Below are positions 55,540 to 64,000 of a stretch of DNA of 64,000 nucleotides, in pieces (the first letter of the stretch is position 1; every line of letters starts with the position of its first letter). The position numbers were made by a program, and so were the translations under genes. The stretch covers positions 23,684,001 through 23,748,000 of the forward strand of contig NC_043014.1 of the NCBI RefSeq assembly GCF_006345805.1. Reading direction: 5' to 3'. The notes under the pieces were generated by a model, which saw nothing but the letters and a program-made list of their open reading frames with translations, was not told the origin of the DNA and did not search any database. The stretch is from Octopus sinensis. Its lineage: Eukaryota.

Positions 55540-56400
55540 TCTTTATATATATAAAACTGAGAAAGTGTGTCTGTCTGTCTGTGTGTTTCCCTAAAACTTG
55601 AGAACTACACAATTAATTTCATTCAAATTTTACACATGATTACTTAGGGTCCATGTAGTTTCATGGCCAAAAAAAATGTTCAACTTCTTGCCTAGAGCGA
55701 GCCCATAGCAATATCATATCTTCTCCACTATTTCAGTATTACGTGTTAAAAGTGAAACAAAAACATTTCTCTATTTTATGTCAGATACTTTCACTTTAAC
55801 AATAAAAATAATAATAACAATTGAATTATATGTAGTAAGTAATAATTAAAATCAAACTAAAGTATAATATAATTGTAACAAAACAAAAGTAAAAATAGCA
55901 ATTGGTATAAAATTGCATCAATGACTTGAACTTGAATAAGTGGTTTCACATGAATGGGAATAAATTAAAAATAAAATTAGCGTGCAGAAATGGAATAGTC
56001 CAGATGGATAATAAAAAATTAAATTAAAGAAAAGGCTATTGTCTATAAAGTATACAATGTAGAGAAAAAACAAGATTTGAACACATGGAGGAAAGCACCT
56101 TCGAAAAGTGTCTTGGTGGGACTATGAAAGATATCTAATCAGAGGCGGTAAATTCGCCACAATAGAAGCAAGATTCGAGTCAACGGAGTGTGCAAGGGAG
56201 CACTCGACTCGAACTTGCAAAGTGGAAATATTTTATTTTTACCTTTATATCTAGGACGTAGGACGTCCCGGAAAAAAATTTAAAATGCCCCCCCCCCCCC
56301 CAAGAAGAGGTAGGCTGGATTGTAGCCACACTTCTATACAAGAAGGAAGACAAGATACAATTGATCGAAATTACAAGAGACGGGCTAACAATTCCAGTCT
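55540..56400 (+). mobile_element. Helitron-like element (5' end clear, 3' end approximate)
   Basis: A|TCtttatatatataaaactgag..gtgtgtctgtctg matches the 5' end of the 49503 Helitron. No clean CTAG terminus was identified. Confidence 0.45.
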
Positions 56401-56774
56401 GTTATATATTTTGAGTATTGTTATCACTAGCGATATCAAGATATAACTTTGTATTTTGTATTTTATGTGTAGATGTATATATATAGATGTACATGTAATA
56501 TATACACATATATATACACATATATACATGCACTAGCACTATGACCTGGCAACGACGGGTCTTTAATGCTAGTATTAGCATAAAGTTCAGCATTGAGTTT
56601 ATGTACCCTCCATGTTTTAACTCTATTTTGATAATCATTCATCATCATCTCACACCATTTAGTGTTAGAGCTAAATTTGACAGTTTGCACAAAAGAAAAA
56701 AAGCAAACATCAAAAATAAAAGTATTTTAAAAAATCAAAAAGTATCAACTAAATTATGGCTGGGAGATAACAGT

Positions 56775-57300
56775 TTACTCAAAGTAGCCACCTTCAGCTA
56801 CCAGCACAGCCTCAAGATGGCTCTGGAACATGGCACATGCATTCTTCAATGTGTCCCTAGGAATATCTCTGAACACCTCCTTGATTTTGGCCACCAGCTT
56901 GGCCTTGGTATTACCACACATGGTAATCTATGGGATTACAATCAAGGGAATTAGGAGGACAGAAATTGGGGGTTGTTGAAGTCATAGAAGTTCTCTGACA
57001 ACCACTTCTGATTCTTTTGGCAAAAAGCCAAATCCTGCTGCCACACATATGGCCTTCCTGTAGCAACACTATCTAGCCAGGAAATGACCAGTCTCCAGCA
57101 GTTTCACAGAACTGTCTGAATTAAGCCTAAGGCCTTGTTCAAAGGTGTGAGCTGGCATGTCTGGAAACATACCCATAAATCATCGCACTTTGAGGAAACT
57201 TGGTTTTCATGATGCTAATGTCACATCTTATAGCCTTTTAGAGTGTTCTCAAAGCATTGAGCAGCAGTCATGATATCAGCATTTTGAAACTCAGAGCAAA
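56775..57300 (-). mobile_element. Degenerate mariner/maT-like (DDxD) transposase C-terminus
   Basis: Minus strand reads RPYVWQQD..QKWLSENFYDF..PPNSLDCNPIDYHVW..NTKAKLVAKIKEVF..LKNACAMFQSHLEAVLVAEGGYFE*. Confidence 0.8.
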
Positions 57301-57663
57301 TCACCATAATATAGGTAACTTCCAATATTCAGATGGCTTCCATTCTTCTATGTCAGCTAATGTTTTCTTAACTACAACTTAATTTTTTTATGTTCTCAAA
57401 TACTATTGGCTGTTCATCAATACATGAAGTTATTCCTGAAAGAAAAGAGACAAATTTAATTTGAACGTTGTGTGTGTACACCATACTGTTCTGTGATGTT
57501 AAGATCAACAAAAAAAGTATTCTCTCTGGTGAGAGATAAATATCATTTAATAGATACAATATATGTTAAGTACTACTAATGGTTTCATGTTGAGAAATAC
57601 CTCAAACATATTCATCAGGCACAAACTAAAAACTGAATGAGAGAAGAAAAGCAAAAAGTTGAG

Positions 57664-60600
57664 ACAGAAGCATAATGATATGATCAAAACTAGTTAAAGG
57701 ATACACCTTTGAAAATGGATTTGTTTCATTGGTCCTTTCAAATAACGTTCTTAAGCATGCGATAAACAAAATAAACAAATAAATGAATTCAATATAAATT
57801 CATCCTATTATTAAAAAAATCGAGGAAAAACCTTAAATTAAAGAGGGGATTCAAAATATATATTGTCAATAATTATATATGAAATATAATTCGATTAATA
57901 CAATTTTTTACGAGGATTCCACCTGGGTTAAGAAGAGTGACCATTCTCTTTTTGATGTACCGATGGGGGCATATGATGGGGCTGGGTATGCTCATAGGAG
58001 TTTATATTCTACACAATCTAAAACTGGAATTCCCATTTATTGACGCAGGTTTATATAAGGATGACGGCCTTATAGTCACCCATAATTTAAACGGCCATGA
58101 ATCAGATAAGCTTAGGAAGGATCTTATTGCTTTCTTCCAAAGGATGGGCTTACGGGCTACAATAGATACTAACCTGAAAAGTGTAGATTTTTTAGATGTA
58201 AATTTGGATTTAAGGTCGGATAAATTTAAACTTCACTGTAAGCCAAATGATAAGCTTTCTTATATTAGCAAAGAATCCAATCATCCGCCAGCTATTTTTA
58301 GGAACTTAGTCAGTAATGTAGGTAGACGAATATCATCAATTTCTTCGGATGAGGCAGCATTCCAAATTGCCACACCTTATTACAATAGCACATTAAGGAA
58401 TAGTGGATTCTCTGAGAAGATCCAGTATAACCAACTTAATGCTAACAGTAATGCTACATGTAGAACTAGGGCTAGGAAAGTTTTGTGGTTTAACCCAGCT
58501 TTCAATATGGCCATAAAAACAAATATAGGTAGTGAATTCTTAAAATTAGTCTCTAGGCATTTTCAACCTGACCATAAGTTTTATAGAATATTTAATAGAA
58601 GAACGCTTAAGAGCAGCTGTTCTTGCTGCAGAAACTTCGCCTCTTTTGTTAACCAACACAACAGTAGGATAATAGCTAATAATCATAGTGCCGATTCTCT
58701 TCTTAAAAACTCTAATTGCAAAGAAGGAAAATGCCTGGAGAAAGGAATCGTGTATAGAGCCAAGTTGCAGATTCTATTCATGTAAAAATTCCTTCAGATA
58801 CCCTGAAAATAGGACGAAGACCAGCCTGGCAAAATATGTCTGGGAATTAAAAGAAAAAGAAGCCTGACCTTTCAACGTGATATGGGAGTATTTTGGATAG
58901 AGCTGCACTGTACAGGCACAGTGCACATAAAAGACCCATCAAATATGATTTATGCCAGCTGGAAAAATATTTCATTTTATTCCAGGACAATAACTCTTTA
59001 AATTAAAGAAGCGAACTCTTGAATTTCTGCAGGCACACAGCTAAATTTAAAATGTCGGCTAGCAATATACCAGATGGATAGTGTATATTTTTTATTCTTG
59101 GACTAGTTTTTAATCACACTGTTGGATTTATTTCATATTATGCATGATTTATTCCGCATCGCAAAGTTATTGTATATATTTTGACATATTTCTTAAGGAA
59201 AACCTTCAACTGTTATATACAAATATCATTTTCTTGTCTATGATTCTGCTTTTATTTTATTTCATTTTCTTGTATTTTATAAACCCATTTTAATCGTTTA
59301 ACTTATAGATAATTCGATATAGGGTGTTCTATTTTGCATGTCTTTTATTATTATGCACTCAGCAATTTTTTAAATAATGTTGTTTCTATATACGTCAGGA
59401 CCTAGACATGTTTTTAAGTGGATGTTTGTATTGTTAGCATGCATATGTATTCATATATATTCACCTATATATATACGTGTAAGTAAGCGTGTATGTTTAT
59501 ACTTGTGCAAATACATACATGGATGTGTATGTATTCATGTATTCACTTGGATTTGTGTGGATGTGTATTCACATACTTATTTATTGCTAATATACAATTT
59601 TATATACACATGTATACGTAATTTTATTTTGTGTACGTTTGTTATGCATATTCAGCCTCCTATCTTTCTTCCTTTCCTTCCTTACAGAAAAGTAATTTTT
59701 CTCCCCCTAATCGTTACTTGTATAGAGTCCTTTAACTTTGCACACCCCTCCCCTTCTCTTCGCTAACTGTTACATATAAGATCCTTCTCTTTTTCTTTAC
59801 CCCTCTGCATTTTACTTCTAGTCTATATGTATACACCAAGCAGCGAGCTGGCAGAAACGTTAGCACACCGGGCGAAATGCGTAGCCATATTGTCGTTACA
59901 TTCCGAGTTCAAATTCCGCCGAGGTCGACTTTGCCTTTCATCCTTTCGGGGGTTGATAAATTAAGGACCAGTTACGCACTGGGGTCGATGTAATCGACTG
60001 AATCCCTTTGTCTGTCCTTGTTTGTCCCCTCTGTGTTTAGCCCCTTCTGGGTAGTAAAGAAATATATATGTATACACCAAGTGATTTTTGCATGTGGGCA
60101 AGATTGCGTACATATGTAAACATATGTATATGTGTATTTGTGTGTATATTTACGTCTTACATATATATGTCTGCATATGTATGTGGTCTGTGTATAGCCA
60201 TCTGTGTATTTTGATGTATATATGTATATTGATGGTTTAGTATGCGTATATAACCGTTGTAAAACATTTTAATTTTTAATGTATTAATTATACTAATTGA
60301 ATTATATTTCATATATAATTACTGACAATATGTATTTTGAATCCGCTCTTCAATTTAAAGTTTTTTCTCAATTTTTTATAATAGGATGAATTTATATTGA
60401 ATTTATTTATTTTGTTTATCACATGCTTAAGAGTTATTTGAAAGGACCAATGAAACAAATCCATTTTTAAAGGTATATCCTTTAAACTAGTTTTGATCAC
60501 ATCATTATTTCTGTTCTATTTTAACAAAACCATCCGACAAACGGGAACGTGAAACTCTGAGTAACAGCTTTTGTTACAATTCTGCTGCTTTTAAATAAAG
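57664..60600 (+). mobile_element. 5'-truncated Penelope-like element with an inverted partial terminal repeat
   Basis: ORF 57937-58785 has GLYKDDGL..VDFLDVNLDL..KPND..SNHPP..WFNP. GIY-YIG remnants follow (LAKYVWELKEK..DLCQLEK..RSELLNFCRH). 57664-57906 is the diverged reverse complement of ~60280-60516. A SINE B is inserted at 59840-60063. Confidence 0.88.
60522..60576 (+). ncRNA. Decayed minimal hammerhead-like motif at the PLE 3' end
   Basis: taacaaaa-ccat-CCGACAA-acg ggaa cgt-GAAA-c tctga g-TA-acagc-ttttgtta. Stems I, II and III and GAAA are in place, but the first core strand reads CCGACAA instead of CTGATGA, so it is likely inactive. Confidence 0.45.
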
Positions 60601-60619
60601 TATATATATAAAAATATAT

Positions 60620-61190
60620 ATCATCATCATCGTTTTCCGTACTAGCACAGGTTGGACGATTTGACCGGGGTCTGGGAAGCCAGGAGGCTGCACCAGGCTC
60701 CAGTCTGATCTGGCAGTGTTTCTACAGCTGTATACCCTTCCTAACGCCAACCACTCTATGAGTGTAGTGGGTGCTTTTTATGTGCCACCAGCACAGGTGC
60801 CAGGGGAGGCTGGCAGCAGTCACGATCAGATGGTGCTTTTTACATGCTACTAGCACAGAAGCCAGTCAAGGCAGTGCTGGCATCGACCACATTCAGATAG
60901 TGCTTTTTACGTGCCGTCGGCACAGAGATCGCAACTACAATTTCCATTTGATTTTTGATTTTTATGTTAATGTACTTGACTCAATAGGTCTCCTCAAACA
61001 TAGCAGGTCGCCCTACAATCGAAGGGAAGCACAGCAGGCCGTTCTGCAATCCAAGGTGCTGTGGATGGGCTGGGGCTGGTATGTGAAAAGGATGCAGGAA
61101 ACAGCCATGAACTAATGTTATTTGTCGGGTCTTCACAGTCACAGCATATCTCCGTCTTTCGTCATTGCCTCTGTGAGGCCCAATATATAT
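60620..61190 (-). mobile_element. RTE LINE 3' end fragment
   Basis: Reverse complement of the ORF end (cttcacagtcacagcatatctcc) plus the 3' UTR, as at 25165-25700. Confidence 0.8.
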
Positions 61191-61337
61191 ATATACAAAT
61201 ATATATATACATACATATACAAATATATATATAGACATATATATACACACATATATATACACATACATATATATACATACATATATAACTGCACACATAC
61301 ATATATACATGCACACACATATATACATACATATATA

Positions 61338-61380
<43 letters not shown>

Positions 61381-61382
<2 letters not shown>

Positions 61383-61787
61383 CATAGGAGTGGCTGTGTG
61401 GTAAGTAGCTTGCTTACCAACCACATGGTTCCAAGTTCAGTCCCACTGCATGGCACCTTGGGCAAGTGTCTTCCGCTATAGCCTCGGGCTGACCAAAGCC
61501 TTGTGAGTGAATTTGGTAGACAGAAACTGAAAGAAGCCCGTCGTATATATGTGTATATATATATGTATGTATGCGTGTTTGTGTGTCTGTGTTTGTCCCC
61601 CCAACATCGCTCACCAACCGATGCTGGTGTGTTTACGTCCCTGTAACTTAGCGGTTTGGCAAATGTGACCAATAGAATCAGTAGAAGGCTTACAAAGAAT
61701 AAGTCCTGGGGTCAATTTGCTCAACTAGAGGTGGTGCTCCAGCATGGCCACAGTCAAATGACTGAAACATAAAAGAGTAAAAAGAGA
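61381..61787 (+). mobile_element. SINE family A, full length
   Basis: ggcataggagtggctgtgtggtaag..ggttccaagttcagtccc..ggcaccttgggcaagtgtctt..ggtggtgctccagcatggccacagtcaaatgactgaaac. Confidence 0.88.
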
Positions 61788-61796
61788 ATTATACAT

Positions 61797-61837
<41 letters not shown>

Positions 61838-62274
61838 CAAACATACATATACAAGATTGGAGCCTGGTGCAGCCATCCGGTTCGCCAGTCCTCAGTCAAA
61901 TCGTCCAACCGATGCTAGCATGGAAAGCAGACGTTAAATGATGATGATGATGATACATACATATACATAAATATATATACACATACATATATACATACGC
62001 ATATATACATCTACATATACACACATGCATATATACATATATATACATATGCATATATACATATGCATATACATATATACACATGCATATATACATATAT
62101 ATACATACGCATATATACATATGCATATACATATATACACATGCATATATACATATATATACATACGCATATATACATATGCATATACATATATACACAT
62201 GCATATATACGTATATATACATACATATATATATATATATATACATATATATACTTAAATATATATACATATAT

Positions 62275-62305
<31 letters not shown>

Positions 62306-62370
62306 CACATATATATATACATATATATAATATATACATATATATATATATACACATAATATATATACAC

Positions 62371-62403
<33 letters not shown>

Positions 62404-62649
62404 CATATATATACACATATATAACTACATATGTATACACATATATATACATACATACTTATACATACATATATATACATACATACATAAACACATACAT
62501 ATACATATATATATATACATGCATATATATATATATACTCATATATATATACATACATATATATACACACATATATACATACATATAAATACAAATATAT
62601 ATATATATGGCACGTCAAATGATATTTAATCGTGTGGAACATTTTGCAT

Positions 62650-64000
62650 GCATATCAATATTCTAAAGTTGGACATACTATCCCTTATCCTAAAGCTGCT
62701 TCAGACAATTAGGAAGGGTTCCCGACTCGTTGCACCGTCTGCTTTCAATCTTGGATTGTGATTCGGCTCAGCCCAAACTCTCTCAGATTTTGTCTGCTGT
62801 TGCCTACTCCTACAAGGATTGCACCTGTTTTTTGTTCCTGATTTAACTCCGATTTGTCCTAGAGCCCATAGAAGATCGTTTTTAGTCAACCATCCATCAT
62901 GTCAGCTACCTACGGATCGAAACTGAGATCTGCAAGAAGGGCTTCTCATCAGCTGTTGCTCAAACAAGAGGTCAAGCACCTAAAGTCTGTTGTTGCTCTC
63001 TTACTGAATAAACAGTCTCCTGTTGACGCAGAGTCACCCTTGATTTCTCCCCTGAAGAGGTCCAAACCGAAGGGAACAAGATCGAAGCAGCCAAAGAAGG
63101 CGAAGGAACCGGCAGTCGTTTCTGCACATGATCGTTCCTGTGCGGATTCTTCCTCATCTGCCTTTTCGGTCCCGGAGGTTCCCCAACCTAATTTAAGGAG
63201 CGTAGACTCAAACCCACCTGAAGACCGTTGTTCTCCCCAAAAGAAGAAACGTAGTCAAAACTCCAGAGGGGCAGATTTGGCTATGAAACCTGATCACGAC
63301 AAAATCCATTTGGATTCTCCCTCACCTGTCCTTCCCATTAATGCCATTGCTCAACCAATTCTGAACGATCTCGATGTGAGTTCATCTGGGGAGTGGCGCT
63401 CCCCCAAACTGAAGAAGAGGCAGTGCAGTTCCAAACCAGGCGGGAAAATTATGACCACTAAACCCATTCCGATCGACCCCACAGGCCAACATAAATCTGA
63501 TGGCTATGAAACCACCCTTTCGAAATCCTCCAATGAAGAATCGAATGTCACAGCTCATAGTAGAGAACATTTTGCCCACTCAAGATCAGCAATAATTTAC
63601 GGTAAAGCTGAATCCACCCGTGATACAGGCATAAACCGCCTAAAAGATGACATTAATTTTGTTTCCATTTTGGTTGGAGAGAATTGTTCTCCGTGAACGA
63701 AAAGGTCAGTGTCCTTAAGGTCGCTCGGCTAGGAGATTCCAAGCGAACCCAACCGCAGATACTAGACCACGCCCAATAAGGGTAATCTTTTCTCTGATCG
63801 GGAGGCTTCAGTCTTTCTGAACAGAGCTCAGACGCATGCCTGGGAGGACCCCAATATGGATTTTCGCGAGGAATACTCACTAAGAGAGAGAATTCGCCGG
63901 AGAAACCTGATTCCGAACTAAAGATGAGGAAACAAATGGGAGAGAAGGGTTTACGAATCCAAGATGGACAATAATCAAGTCCTACCTCTGGTCCCATGCT
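62650..64000 (+). mobile_element. 5' part (UTR plus ORF1) of a LINE, probably CR1/L2-type, running off the window
   Basis: ORF 62899-63696 is low-complexity and ends RSAIIYGKAES..DDINFVSIL. It continues after a frameshift as VSVLKVARLGDSKR..LTKRE..ELKMRKQMGEKGLRI, the typical IIYG.xES..RLG..LT..E ORF1 pattern. Confidence 0.65.

Noticed and set aside
59840-60063. tRNA-like A/B boxes here and in other SINE heads
   Set aside because: These are tRNA-derived SINE heads without a full cloverleaf, not tRNA genes.

Overview
AT-rich, repeat-dense animal genomic DNA. The SINE/LINE families and very long (TA)n/(CA)n arrays suggest a cephalopod such as Octopus; this is an inference from pattern recognition, not a database hit. 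One host gene is supported: a RalA-binding protein 1 (RALBP1/RLIP76) orthologue on the minus strand. Seven coding exons were joined by hand with GT-AG boundaries and consistent phases (36743-36620, 34793-34644, 32317-32114, 28868-28750, 16234-16104, 10849-10648, 7425-6933). Its first and last exons appear to lie outside the window. Most of the rest is transposon-derived: RTE and CR1-type LINEs, an R4/Dong-like fragment, three Penelope-like (PLE) remnants, two SINE families, a piggyBac deletion derivative, a DD36E-spaced Tc1, a mariner-type remnant, Helitron-like elements and a possible solo LTR. The most unusual signal is a recurring asymmetric fold-back architecture. The best example is a 4.4-kb non-coding element (45051-49461) with ~1.2-kb near-identical inverted arms, each ending in a minimal hammerhead-ribozyme-like motif (CUGAAGA..GAAA..GUC). 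A second, decayed hammerhead-like motif lies at the 3' end of a PLE that carries an inverted partial terminal repeat (57664-60600). Most long ORFs in the supplied track are microsatellite artefacts.
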